Source of the DNA: the human T2T-CHM13v2.0 reference genome, Homo sapiens
Length of the DNA: 64,000 nucleotides
Reading direction: 5' to 3' (one strand)
Assembly (NCBI RefSeq): GCF_009914755.1
Contig: NC_060925.1
Below, one piece after another: positions 36,784 to 49,889 of this stretch. The notes below the pieces were generated by a model that did not search any database, was not told the DNA's origin, and saw nothing but the letters and a program-made list of their open reading frames with translations. Each line of letters begins with the position of its first letter. Within the stretch, counting starts at the first letter, position 1. The position numbers and the translations under genes are program-made.

Positions 36784-37719
36784 ATGTTAGAAGGTAAGAG
36801 TGCTATGGGAAAAATGACGCAGTAAGAGAGACAGGAGTACCAGGACACGAGGGCATGCTACTAAACAGTGTGGTCAGGAAAGAGCATCCAGATGGAAGGA
36901 AAGGCCCTAAGTTGAAAGCAGGCCTGGAACTTTCTAGGAAAGCAGGGAGACTAAAGTGGCTGTAGTAGGATGGGCAAAGGGGAGAGTAGTAGGAGCTGAG
37001 GTCAGACAGGTGAGCAGAGAGGAGCCAAGTCTTGTACTTCAGCCACAGTATGAACCAAAGTGGCTGGAGGGTTTTGAGAGGGACGTGATCTGGTTACTGA
37101 AGTGTAAAAAATTTTTCTCCTGTAAATTTTGGCCTTGGGGTTAATAGATGGGCCTTTGAGGTATTACGTTCCCTTTCTGCAGCACGCACAGTGCCTGACC
37201 ATCTTTCATTGCATGGACTCTGGCCCAAGACCCTGTATCCTGGTGCTCTAAGCAGGATTTTTATGAGGCTGCATCTTTCTGTGTTCTGCAGACCTATTTC
37301 CTCAGACTTCTTGGGCCGTGAACATCACAGGCCTTCTGCGGCACAAACCAAACTGGCCACAATAGACCAAAGCATTTTAACGCTCCCCAACACCAGGCTC
37401 TTCTTGGCCGCTCATTTCTGTATCCTACCACTAACGCAACAAAGGAGGGAAGAAAGCCTTTAGCAAGCACCAAAGATAATAAATGCTTCTAAAATTGCCT
37501 TCTTAGGAAACAGAATCCTGTAAAGGCATTTACTAACTGTACAGTAAAAAGGTGGAAACAGTTACATTCCCAGACATGACCCAGTGATATGTCATTAGAG
37601 GAAACAATGTTTGCCTGTGAGAGCCATCACCCACACCCACTGTGACAATAAGAATTTGCTCACTTCTTTCTCCTGAGCAAGTATGGGGGCTTGGACCCCA
37701 ATGCATAGCTTTATATATT

Positions 37720-37935
37720 AAGAATGGCTAACACTGACTGAGGGCCTCCCATGTGCCACGCATGCTGTAAACATTTGCTCATTTAATCTTCACAGATATT
37801 ACTGTAGATAGTACTGTTCCCATTTTACATATGCAGAAACTGAGCCTCAGAGAGGTTATTTTTGCCAAAGATCACATAAGCAAGCTAATGAATGGTGGAG
37901 CTGGGGCTTAAACCCAAAGCCCCTCTCCTGCAGCT
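37720..37935 (-). mobile_element. MIR SINE
   Basis: cccattttacatatgcagaaactgagcctcagagaggtt...gccaaagatcaca. Confidence 0.85.
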
Positions 37936-38194
37936 CAGGAACTCAATTTGCATGTCAAAATTCTGTTTGGTACCTTCTGTCATTTACTACCCATCTGAAA
38001 GTTTTCTTGTATGTTTCCTCACTCTCTGATTAAAAATATCATCCCACTATAGCCCCAATGTTTAAATATTAACACAGTATCCTACTCAATGCCCATCTCC
38101 AGTATTATTCCTTTATGAAACCTTCACTGATAGCCCCTTTCTCCCACAAAAGTTGTATTTATTCTCTTTAGACTTTAAAACTTGAGGAAAATGG

Positions 38195-38395
38195 ACGTGT
38201 GTTTTGGAGTCAAATGGACCTGTGCTCGTATGCCAGCTTTGTGACTTCGGACAAGCTATTTACCTTCCCTGAATGTCATCTTCTCAATAGGTATTGAAAT
38301 GCCTACCTCATTTGGTTTTCATATGGATTAAAAGAAATAATGTGTGGAAAGTAGCTGACCAATAGTAAGTGCTTATTATTAATAAATGTTGGTGC
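38195..38395 (+). mobile_element. MIR SINE
   Basis: ttggagtcaaatggacctg...gtgacttcggacaagctatttacc...taataaatgttgg. Confidence 0.75.
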
Positions 38396-38574
38396 CTTCT
38401 CCTATCCTCTTATGACCCTCAAAGCATTCTGCCTTATAGAATAATTACTTGTGTCTTGACTTTGAAGGTATGGCCTATGTCCTACTCATTTTTGTTGCGC
38501 GCATAGGAATAACTCATAGTTGGCTCTCTATAAATGCTTATGGAATAGTGTAAGGTGCAAGTTAATCCTTCTTG

Positions 38575-38693
38575 AAAGGAGGTGGAAGGAAAGAGGGAAG
38601 GAAGGAAAGAAGGAAGGAAGGAAGAGAGGGAGGGAGGGAGGGAGGGGAGAAAGAGATAAAGAAAAGAAAGGAAGAAGGAAAAAAGAAAGGAAA
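38575..38693 (+). repeat. GA-rich (GGAA/GGGA)n low-complexity tract
   Basis: Visible directly. Confidence 0.9.
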
Positions 38694-38876
38694 CCCCATG
38701 AATGCAATGGGTGGGAGGAAGAGAAGCCAACAGCTGGAGACCCACACAGCCAAGGAGGTTGAGAAATCACAAGGGCAAGTTCCTGTTTTCCAGAGTTGTC
38801 CAGAACTGGTTCCATCAAGAGTTGTATTCCCTTGTTATCTGCTGCATACATCAAGCGCACGAACACACATACACTT

Positions 38877-38877
<1 letters not shown>

Positions 38878-38907
<30 letters not shown>

Positions 38908-39189
38908 GAGCTGGAGTCTTGCTCTGTCGCCCAGGCTGGAGTGCAGCAGTGCCATCTCAGCTCACTGCAACCTCCGCCTCCTGGGTTCAAACAATTCTCT
39001 GCCTCAGCCTCCCGAGTAGCTGGGATTACAGACACTCACCACCATGCCCAGCTAATTTTTGTATTTTTAGTAGAGATGGGGGTTTCACCATCTTGGCCAG
39101 AGTGGTCTCGAACTCCTGACCTCAGGTAATCCGCCCGCCTCAGCATCCTGAAGTGCTGGGATTACAGGCGTGAGCCACCGCGCCCGGCC
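38878..39189 (-). mobile_element. AluS element
   Basis: Long poly-T and reverse Alu; exact 16-bp TSD aacacacatacacttt (38862-77 / 39190-205). Confidence 0.98.
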
Positions 39190-40059
39190 AACACACATAC
39201 ACTTTTCAACAGCTAACAAAGTGGTAAAAGAAGGGCAGTTTAGCAAATCACTCCCCCAAGTGTTAAAGCCAGGACCACAGTGAGGAGTAACTCTGTACAT
39301 GTCAAGAAGTTTCCTTTTGTTCCCTTACCCTGCCTCACTGTGGAAGCCCTAAATAGTCAGGTAATGGCGCATGACAGGGCAGGGTCAGGTCCCTCTTCCT
39401 CTGCCTGGGGAAGGAAAACCTAGTTCCAGGCAGGAGTTGCCAAGCTTTGCTCCCTCTCAACCTGCTGGTAGCAAATGAAGGAGAAGGAATGGAGCCCTCT
39501 GCTTTCACTACGCATAAGTCAATTAGAACATGCTGATTTCTCTAACAGGATTATCTTTGTCCTTCCCCAGAGCCTGTTCCATTAAGGAAGTAATCAATGA
39601 CCTATCATTCGGAGATGTCTCTGTCACTCACATGCTGGACTCCTCCTTAACTCAGAAATCATGTAGTAACCTAAACAACCAAATGCAGAGTTAGTAATTT
39701 TTACTTTTAAAGTCATTTTTATGGCCATTTTGCTTCCACCAAAAAAAAAAAAAAGTGTTTGAATGCTAATGGGAAGACCTGTTTTTTTGTGTGAGCATCG
39801 TTGCTATCATTTATTACTAGTCTCAGGTGTGATGCATTTCTAGCAAGACCAGGCAGGAAGGGAGAGGGGGTAAGGACATCCTTCATTCATGAGGTGAACA
39901 AAGAGTGTTTCCCATCCCCCCATCCCCTCCTCATCAAAAACTTGAAAATAATGCATAAAATAAACAATCCATCAATCATGGGGAAATTTGAATCACATGT
40001 AGCAGAATGCAAGGCATATCTGTAAAAGTATCAGTAGAGGATACTACAAATCCCCCAAA

Positions 40060-40635
40060 GCCCACCATAGCCAGAGTGATCGTCTTAAACCACTAATAGG
40101 ATTACTTCCTGACCCGCTTCAAGCTTCTGCATAGCTTCCCACTGTTGTCAGGACAAAGTCCTAACTCCGTAACAGAGGCGACAAGACCTTGCTGTCTCTG
40201 GTGCCTGCCTACTTTCCTAGCCTCACCTCAGCTAATTCTCTGATTCCAATTCACTGTGCCATGTACACCCACTCACTCACACACACATATACAAGCTCAC
40301 ACACATATACAAACTCACACACATGCAAGCACATGTACACACGCAAACACACGAACACACTTTTCCCCTACCCCTACTGATCTTTCAGGCCCCAGATCAG
40401 ATGTCACTTCTTCCAGGAAGCCCTCCCAGAAACCTTAAACTTAGATTAGATGCCTTTCTCGTGAGCTCCCATAGCACTTTGTACCGCTCCTCTTAACCCT
40501 TCTACCGTGCTTTGTAATTGCTTGTTTGCCTGTCTCATTCCCCTAACCAGACCACTGGATGAGGACCACATATAAACTGTCCACCATTGTTTCCCCAGGG
40601 TCTCAGGCAGGGCCTAGCTCAATAAATACTTTTCA
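40060..40635 (+). mobile_element. L2 LINE fragment containing a CA-rich tract (~40262-40360)
   Basis: agccagagtgatcgtcttaaa...cagatgtcacttcttccaggaagccctccc...gctcaataaatac. Confidence 0.75.
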
Positions 40636-41847
40636 ATTTAAAAGTCATTGAAGAGAGTGAATTTAATATGATGTAGAAAATCTTAGGCAAGCCTGGCATA
40701 TAGTAGGTGCACAAGAAATATTTGTCATTTGGAATTGAATTGAATTATAACTTGGATAATCTCAGGAATGCAAACCTGAGGTTTAATTGTATTTAAGGAA
40801 ACTAATCACTGGTAAATAGTATAGAAGATGGTGTTCACCAAAGAAAATGGGTCATCATAGAACAGGCCAAAAAAAAAAAAAATTCTAAAGGGAAGAAATG
40901 ACTGTTTTTGCTTGGCCCTGCAGAAGGGAAAGCCAGTGAATCTGTCAGTGACACTAGCTGGCCACTGGAAACAGGTGCCCTGCTGCAGGCAGGGGACATT
41001 CATCAGGCCTCATGCCTCCTTCAAAATGCTGGCCTCCTTTTCTCAGATTCACTGCTCACCAAGCATCCCATAAACTTCCCCTGCAGATTTTCCTACAGGG
41101 AGACCATGTGCTGACCCAAGCATTCCTAACCCTTCGGCAGCTCTGTTTCTCATTCAAAGTGAATAAATTGGCCCAGCTCACGCACCAGGCTAGTAGGAAT
41201 CTGTCCTGAAACCCTGCTCTATTCTGACTTTAAGAACAAATATCATGTTTCTAAATTTACAGAACTGAGAACCAGGCCTTTGGACTCAGCAAAGTACATT
41301 GCCTTGTAAGGCCCAGCTTGAGCAATCACGGTCCCCCACCCCCCGGAAGATACTCATTTCTTCTAGATACAATGGGAAGCAAACCAAAGACTTGCATAAC
41401 TCAATGAACACAGGGGCTGAGAAAACCCACTGCCTCAGATGTTGGCAATGCTGGGGCAATCAGACAATGAAAGAACGACCTTGATTCAGTCAATGGTCAC
41501 GCAGGCAGAAATTCAGGGGTGTTCAACAGGGCCTGGAGCCACTGTCTTTGGTGGTAGGAACCTGGCACCTAAGCCAGAGTACCAGAAGGCTCAAGTTGTA
41601 GAGGGGGACAAGTAAGCCTTAAGCAGGAGTCTGAGCAAGGCTCCTTTTGGGGGCAAGAAACTCTGGATAGGGTAAGGAACTTGGGACAATAGTTATCATA
41701 TCCTAATACTGTCTTCCATTTACAGAGCACTGACTCTGTTCTAAGCAATGACCTTAGTGTCTTTATAACATTTTCTAATTTAACCTTTCAACAACCCTAT
41801 GATCCAACTACCACAGCCTTCCAATTTACAGTAAGGAAACCACCCTG

Positions 41848-41957
41848 GATACGATACTGAAATTGTCAATATATTAGCATGAATGAAATGCAATCACCAA
41901 CATGTGGGTGTTGCTTACCTACACACACAAAAATGACAATTTCATGTGATTCAACCC
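41848..41957. mobile_element. MADE2-like mariner MITE remnant
   Basis: Exact inverted 11-mers tgaaattgtca (41858-68) / tgacaatttca (41934-44); right end caatttcatgtgattcaacc resembles the MADE2 TIR. Confidence 0.6.
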
Positions 41958-42589
41958 CATAGTTCCTGTCTCCATGAGAGCTGGCCAGGAACACAGATAG
42001 AATTAAATATGCTGGTGGGAGGGAACAGAGAAGACAGAAGTGAAATAGAGGAGGGGTCAATCTGTCACACTAGCTAGACTTGCAGGAGTGATGGCCGCAG
42101 GGTGGACAGGTCCCAAGAGCACTATTGTCAAGCCCCTGCAAGAAACTGTGGGGTTTCTGGCTAGGAGATCTGAGCCCACAGACAAAGCCAGGTGTTGTTT
42201 CCCAGTCAGGTCACAAGTCTCAGGCAGTGTTATGCTGAGCTGTCCCTTTTCCCAACACCCAGAAGCCCAAATAGCCATGCATGTCTCTCTGTCGTCCCAT
42301 GTAGGGCCTCTTTCTGTAAACAGAAATCAGATCACATGTTGCCTGAAGTCAGATATGACCAGAATCGGTGCACTGTGCAAGATTTCACCAATGATGAAAA
42401 TAACTTTCTCCTGCTGCATTTAACATCTGGTGTCACAGATTTTTGCTGAGAGCCATAAAATCACTAACTTGCAGAGAAAACCTCATTGTTGAAAAATACA
42501 TTTATGGGGGTGTGGGGGGATGGCAGCCGGAGCCTGGCTGTGTTCTGGGCCTGCCCAGTGGATGATGAATTTCATGAGGCCTTGGTAGG

Positions 42590-42810
42590 AATCTGGGGCA
42601 ATAGAAAGACAGACCCAGGCTAGCAACTCTGCCACTGACTAGCTGAGGGACCTTGCACTGGTTTCTTCACCTCCCGGAACTTCTATTTCCTTATCTACTT
42701 AAAAAAAAAAAACAGCAGGATAAAAATAGCCACGTGCCAGGGTTACTGTGTGGATTCAATGAAATAACATATGTGGCAGTGCCTGGCACAAGAGTAAATG
42801 CTAGCATTTT
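42590..42810 (+). mobile_element. MIR SINE
   Basis: ctctgccactgactagctgagggaccttg...gtgcctggcacaagagtaaatgctagc. Confidence 0.8.
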
Positions 42811-43574
42811 CCTTTCTTTTCCTTTTCCTTTTTTGTTCCCTGACATTTCCTTTCAGACCCAAGTCTGCCTGAACACTGTGGCATTTGTGGAAGACGTATA
42901 CATGCAACACTCCTGCAAAGCTTGGCCCAAGTCGCAGTTCACTGGGACCCCTGTGCTCTACCTTAGGGAGAAGCGCTGATGTTTTAGTCTGTCTTTCCCA
43001 GTGAAATGGACAGTCTTGGGGGAAAGAGGCTGAGCCAGTTCACCACTGCCTGGCACACACAGTAGATGCTTAGGCATTTCCTAAATACTGGAGTGATCTG
43101 TATGACATCATCAAGAAGTAGCAGGAAGGGAGGAGGTGGTGCACCTGTGTGCTCTGCCAACCAGCACCCAGCAAGCTCCTGGCTTGTCTATGTTGTGTTA
43201 GGCCTGGAAGTCTAGGAAGTTAGTGACAAGAGGAGGTGAGCCTCAAGGGCCTCTTAGCTTACCTGGCAAGCAGGGGCTGGGACCAAGGAATCACGCTTTG
43301 TAGCCTTCATCATAGACGAAGGCGCCAGGTTGGGTTGCCTGGCGGGCCACTGGCCACATTGAAGACAATGTGTCCTACTTGTCATTCCCATGGCTGCCTT
43401 CAAAATTCACATTAAATCCAGTTTCCCTCGTGTCTAATTGCTGCCATGGGGTGGTGTGTTGAGGGATCCGCAGGATGTAATTGACCCTGTTCGTGTTCTT
43501 CCCCACAGCATGGCCTTGACCGTTGAACCCACTCCAATTATTGTAGACCTTTGCCAAGAGCACACTCAATCTCC

Positions 43575-43870
43575 CACATCTTTCTCTCAGCCTCTCCCAC
43601 TCTCCACCCTTTCTGTACCTCCTATGGATGTCTGTCTCTGTGTGTGTGCTGCCTCTCACCCTCTGTGTCCCGTCCTCTCTCTCTCTGCCCTTCCCTCTCT
43701 CTCTGTTCCCTTGCCCCTCTCTCCATCTACCTGTGTCCCTGCATGTGGCTGTCTCTCTCTGTTCCTCAGCCTCCCTCAGTTGGTCTCTGCATCCTTCCCT
43801 CCTGCCCCCTCCCAGACTCGCCCTACCTGAGCCACCGCCCCCCCACCCTGCCTCACCCAGCTGCCTGAGG
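43575..43870 (+). repeat. CT-rich low-complexity tract
   Basis: Pyrimidine-rich ctctct/ctgtgt stretch; source of several spurious ORFs. Confidence 0.85.
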
Positions 43871-43904
43871 TCCTGCACCTCCCAATCACTCTCCTCATAT
43901 TTTT

Positions 43905-44085
43905 AACTCTCACTTATTATCTCTGCATCGCCATTTTTTTGGCTGCGGGCCACAGCAAACAGAATGTGAGAAAGCAAAAACTAATGAGCTTCTTCAAGAG
44001 AGGATAGGGAGCTTCTGTTATCTCATTTAGTCCTCGGAGTTTAACTCCTGGCACTTCCGTCACATCTCCAAATGGTAAGTGAAGG
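43905..44085 (+). promoter_or_regulatory. Candidate promoter or first exon of a non-coding transcript, or enhancer
   Basis: GATA TTATCT 43917-22 and 44018-23; YY1 CGCCATTTT 43929-37; ETS CACTTCCGT 44052-60; consensus donor ATG|GTAAGT at 44075. Confidence 0.35.
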
Positions 44086-47063
44086 TTGTTACTTTTCAAT
44101 TTGGTTGGGCTGTGTAGCACATTTCATCAATTAAAATGCACCCTCGGTGCAGAATCACAACAGGGCCGGCAGGAAGGGTGCTAGTGTGTGAGGATCTTTT
44201 TTTTTTTTTTCAAAGTTACTTTCATTCCATGTTCCATGGAGTGGAGAGCTGTTAGGAGGCAGCTGCGTGCTGAAAACACCACCACCGTTGGTGGAATGAA
44301 TGCAGCACTGTGCATGCAATCCACTGCTGTGCAGCACCCTGATGGCTGAAGACCCTGCCAGACCTGCTGCGCCTGGCCGGGAGGTGGAGCCCAGGTCTCT
44401 GGATTTAGCCCTGAGGCTAAATTGACCTCCTAACCTACAGAGTGACCTGGGCAGGTCACTCAAGCTGTCTGTGTCCTGTTTCTGTCTCACCCGTTCCTCT
44501 CCTATAGGCTGTAGGAGGAATTCTGTAACTGGAAAGATCTTTAGGAGGGGAAATGAATGAATGGCATAATAAACTTCACCAACCACCCTGATATTCATTC
44601 ATTCAACAGATATGTGTAGAACACTCACTGCATGCCAGTTACTATGCTAGCCTCGATTCTTAGAAATTTTGGGTCTAGAAACCCCAGTCTTTCCCTCCAC
44701 CCTTCCCTGCCAGAAGGAGGGTGGAATTCATTTTTGTTACCATGAAAGCAAACTCCCTCAGCCTTCTACTTTTTCTACCTATGAAAATTGCTTAAGGGAG
44801 AACTAGTGACGCACCTTTTAAAGAATTATTGTTGTTTCCTGATTATAAAAGTCATTCATTTATTATAATAAATGTTTAATGCACATCAAAAGAAAGCACA
44901 AAATATAAATCAGTCACAATCCTACCTCCCAAAGATAACCACTGTTTTCAAAGACACATTACTTTTTACAGCAATGGAAACCAACAAGCCTACTAACAGA
45001 AGGCTAAGCCCCCAAGAGAAAAGAAATTTAATTATTTGACACAATTATTGAGTACCTACCTCACATGAAGGACTCCCTTGGAGTTACAAAAGTTAGTAAG
45101 ATCTTGCCTTTCCAGGGCTTGGGAAACACTGAATTATTGGTCATTTTTACCCAGATGTCTTCAACCCTGGCCTAATGTCTCTAAACCAGAAATATAACTT
45201 GAGAATTGGCTCCATGTCCAATTTCAGTGAGAATGTTTTATCCATTCTAAAGTTTCTTCCTCATTTTTTTCTTCCCACTATTAGAATTTCTCTGTTACTA
45301 CCGTTCACCCCCTTTCCACTTGATTCTTTCTCCAGTGCTTTACTTTCAGAAATGGTGAACACTGAGCAGCCTTGTGCAATGCCTAAGTGATTAGCAGTAA
45401 CATCTTAGCAGATACGGATGATAGAACAAAGCCAGGTAGAAGATGAGCTGCATCACACTTTTGCAAGGCCCCTGCAGCTGGTGCCTCCCTATAGGCCAGG
45501 ATTCGCTGTTCATAAATGCTCTCAACTGGACAACACTATGCAGAACATCCTAGTTCTATCGCCAACGTGTGCTGCTCAAAACTCTAGTCCCTTGCAATAC
45601 TGCAAGAGAGGGAAGGTAGTAGTCAAATATGTTTGGAAAGTGCCTCTAGACACATCCAGTCACAAAGCACATCAACACATCAAAGGATCCAAGAAACCTG
45701 GTTAGCACAGTTTAACACAGCAATTCCCAAATGTCTGACCATTGATGTTAGAAACGCTCAGGAACATCCTAGGAAAGTCATTTGGGAAAATAAATTAGTT
45801 GTTCTTATTGTATAAGTTATTCATACTCATGTTATGTTAATATTATAAAGAGAAACATTGGCTTCGGTGTTATTAACAACATCCTTCTCTACTCTTACCA
45901 CTGCCAAAGTCATAATTATTTCACACAAGGTCATCACTGGTCTGGCCCCTGCCGAGTTCATTAGCCTCACCTCCTACCCATCCAGTACCTGAACCTTCCC
46001 AAACTGCTTGAAATGCCCCCAAACTCAATGTGTGCCTTGTCTTGCTGTTTCACTGAAATGTTCATCTAACTTATCTATGCAGCCAACTCCTACTCATCTT
46101 CTAAGGCTCAAGTTTTCTCCTCTGTGGAGCCACCCCCAAATCACCCCCAGGAGTAGGATACCCCTCCTTGCTCTTCCCTGGCATTTTGTATTGGGTAGTA
46201 CATTGAGTGATGCACAGAAGTTTTCAAAGAAAGAGATGAAAATGAACCAGGATCCAGAGATTAAACAAACCCCAATTAAAGGGAACACATGAAGAAAATG
46301 CTTGAAATAGGGAAAATGTAGGCAGAGAAGCAGCTGGCATTTCGAAGCATTAGTTGTAAGTGACATCCTGATTTCAACAGCATTGGCAATATCCAGACAT
46401 GCAGGTGGTCTGGGATGGGGGAAGGGGGTGCAAAGAACCAGTTCCCAGGAAACTGGACTTCAGATACAACAGGAGGTCAGAATAGAATAAACTCCAGGCA
46501 AATTAAGCAAACCAGGATGCAAATCTGAGTCACTGGGTACTAATCATTAAATAGAGGCAGGACTGACTCCATGTTCTAGGGCAAGGCTGAGCCCACAGGT
46601 GCGGAGTAAGTGGCTGCACCTGGAGAATTAAAGGACTGCAGGACAGGAAGCCAAGCAATCATTACAGCTTCCAGGTGCTTCTCTCCACATGGCCTTGCTA
46701 AGGTTTGCCTCTGCCTTTATTATATAACCTCAGACTCCCCCACACTATGCATTTCTACATTCAGAACCCCAGTCTGGAAACTTGGCTTCAACCTAGTTCG
46801 AAAATCATTTGTGCCCTAGAGTTTAAAATTCAGGATTAGATTCATGGAGTTGTAATGCAAAGACCTGTTCACCACAACATGTTTAAACCCATGTTGGGAG
46901 CCTCAATAATTTGCTCGTAAAATAAAGGTCATCCATCCAAATGGTTTTGGATAAAATAAAGGTGGATAGTAAATATGAATGGGAGTCTTTCAAGAAAAAA
47001 AATGTTCATTTTCTTTCAATGCCTGAAGACACAACCTCCCAAACATCTCTTCTAAACCAATCT

Positions 47064-47213
47064 GGCCTAGGCAAGGTATTTCATGCCTGTAATCCCAGCA
47101 CTTTGGGAGGCTGAGGCAGGAAGATTGCTTGAGGCCAGGGGTTTGAGACCAGCATGGGCAACATAGCCGGACCCCATCTCTATTTAAAAAATAAATAAAT
47201 AAATAAATAAAAA
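47064..47213 (+). mobile_element. FLAM (free left Alu monomer) with (TAAA)n tail
   Basis: Single Alu monomer; TSD aaaccaatct (47054-63) / aaactaatct (47216-25). Confidence 0.9.
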
Positions 47214-47589
47214 CGAAACTAATCTGAATAGTTAAGGGGAAAACATAACAGATTCAGGTCAAGTTAAGAGGATTTGAAACATAGGTTATATTATTCAATC
47301 ACCACCAAAACGGGGAGAAATGAATTCTAATTAAATCCTGAAGTCCTCAACCCATATCTAGGTCACAAACTGTGAAGTAAGAAGCTATACACATTTGGTT
47401 AGGATGATCCTGTTGGCAGTGCAGGTAACTAGCAAGAAACTCCAATAAAATAAGAAGAGTCCAAAAAGGTCTAAAGTTTCACATTTTTCAGTGGAAAGTC
47501 TAAGGAATAGGAGAGGATTTCCTGTACTTTTTCACTTTATCAGTTTGGGCTCTAAAGAACAATGAGAGAAAGAGATAGAAGTGATGAAA

Positions 47590-47655
47590 GGGTGGGTGGG
47601 TAGGTGGATGAATGGATGGGTGAACAGAGAGATGGTTGAATGGGTGGATGGATAA
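47590..47655 (+). repeat. Degenerate (GGAT/GGGT)n repeat
   Basis: gggtgggtgggtaggtggatgaatggatgggtg... Confidence 0.75.
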
Positions 47656-47959
47656 CATTTTTAAAATGTAGATAAAGTGGATAAGGCTCTAACTCAGGTG
47701 CTTGCTTGGTGCTTTCCCCAGAAGGCCACATCTACTTTTCCTAGTGCTTCTGCAAATGGTCACTGCAAATTCCATATGCAACTCAAATGTCAGTTGGCAT
47801 CGCTTCTGTTCTTTAAAGTTCTGACAAAATTGCTGAGATGCTGCCCCCACTCCCACTCCACATTAAATCTAATATTCTTCCCCAAGATTTCTGTGGATTA
47901 CAGGATTTATACATTCTTGATCTCTTAATACTCAGATTTTTTGTTCCTACTAAATCTAG

Positions 47960-48324
<365 letters not shown>

Positions 48325-48746
48325 CTGTCCTCTTCTTTCTATTCCATGCGGATTCCAACACAAAATTCCACTTTTCCCCTGGATTTACCCCAAATATCAC
48401 TACTGAAAAGTTTACTGAGACTATAGAAGAATAGGGAAGGGGGACTACAAAACGGAATAGCACAGCATACAACCTGAGTCACTGTTAAGCAATTAGACAT
48501 TCCTCTTCTTAAAATCTCTGCACCATACCTACCACTTGGAACTTCTCACTTGCTTACCTTCTCCTCAGAATCCCTGGTGTTCTGCTGCTCTTTGTCACTC
48601 TCTCTCTCTCTCCCCCTCTCTCCCTCTTCCTCCTACCTCTAGTTTTTTCCGTCTTGCTCTCAACTCCCCAAATTCCCAGCTACTTTGTATCTGTTTGGAT
48701 CTCTCTTCATCCCTTCCCCGCAGCTATTCCTGGCTGTGCCACAGAG

Positions 48747-49048
<302 letters not shown>

Positions 49049-49372
49049 GCTACAGAGCCTCTTTATGATCAGACACACCCTTGCAGGTGTGTTTGGAGAC
49101 AAAGGTTTTTCTCTTTGACAGGGATTCTGCCTTTTGCCTCAGAGTAGCAATTTTTCTCTCCCTCCCCCCACCACTCCACCTCCTATTCCATCACTAATCC
49201 TTAGACACACCGCAGCCTTCATTAACTCTCTTCTGAATTCAGGGCTGAATGTCTGTGCTCCTGATGTCAATCTGAAACCCTGACCCAGTCCAGCTTCATC
49301 CTGGCTTCTTTCTCAAAGTTGTTGACTAAAATCCATTCAGCATTTGGGGTTTCTTAAAAAGGAATCATCTTG

Positions 49373-49719
49373 GAGTAAAACGATTGTTACCAGAGGCTGG
49401 AAAGGGTAATGGGGGATGCGCAGGGGAAGTGGGGATGGTTAATGGATACAAAAAAAAAAATAGATATAATGAATAAGGCCTAGTATTTGATAGCACAAAA
49501 GGGCACCTATAGTCAATAATAACTTAACTCTACATTTTAAAATCACTAAAAGTATATAATTGGATTGTTTGCAACACAAAGGATAAATGTTTGAGGTGAT
49601 GGATACATCCATTTACCCCGATGTGATTGTTATGTATTGTATGCCTGTATCAAAATATCTCATGTACCCCATAAATATACTGTGTACCCACAAAAATTTA
49701 AAATTTTTAATTTTTTAAA
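49373..49719 (+). mobile_element. L1MA2/3-type short 3' fragment
   Basis: gttaccagaggctggaaaggg...tatagtcaataataac...tgtacccacaaaaattt; TSD aaaaaggaat(c/t)atcttg (49356-72 / 49720-36). Confidence 0.92.
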
Positions 49720-49889
49720 AAAAAGGAATTATCTTGAAACATAAAGAGTACACAGGACCAAGTGATGCCAGAGCTATGACTTTAGTTAATGTCACAGCAA
49801 CCCTGTTAGATGGACAGATGAAGAAACTGAGGCTCAGAGAGATTAAATAATTATTTCAAGGTTGCACAATTTTCTCCCTCCAATTTATT

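Noticed and set aside
38572-39129. Longest ORF in the track (185 aa) and similar Alu-containing ORFs (1485-1928, 47941-48264, etc.)
   Set aside because: GA-rich tract plus antisense Alu translation; no gene structure
43375-43906. Overlapping 167/130/105-aa ORFs
   Set aside because: Stop-codon-poor CT/GA low-complexity tract; no recognisable domain
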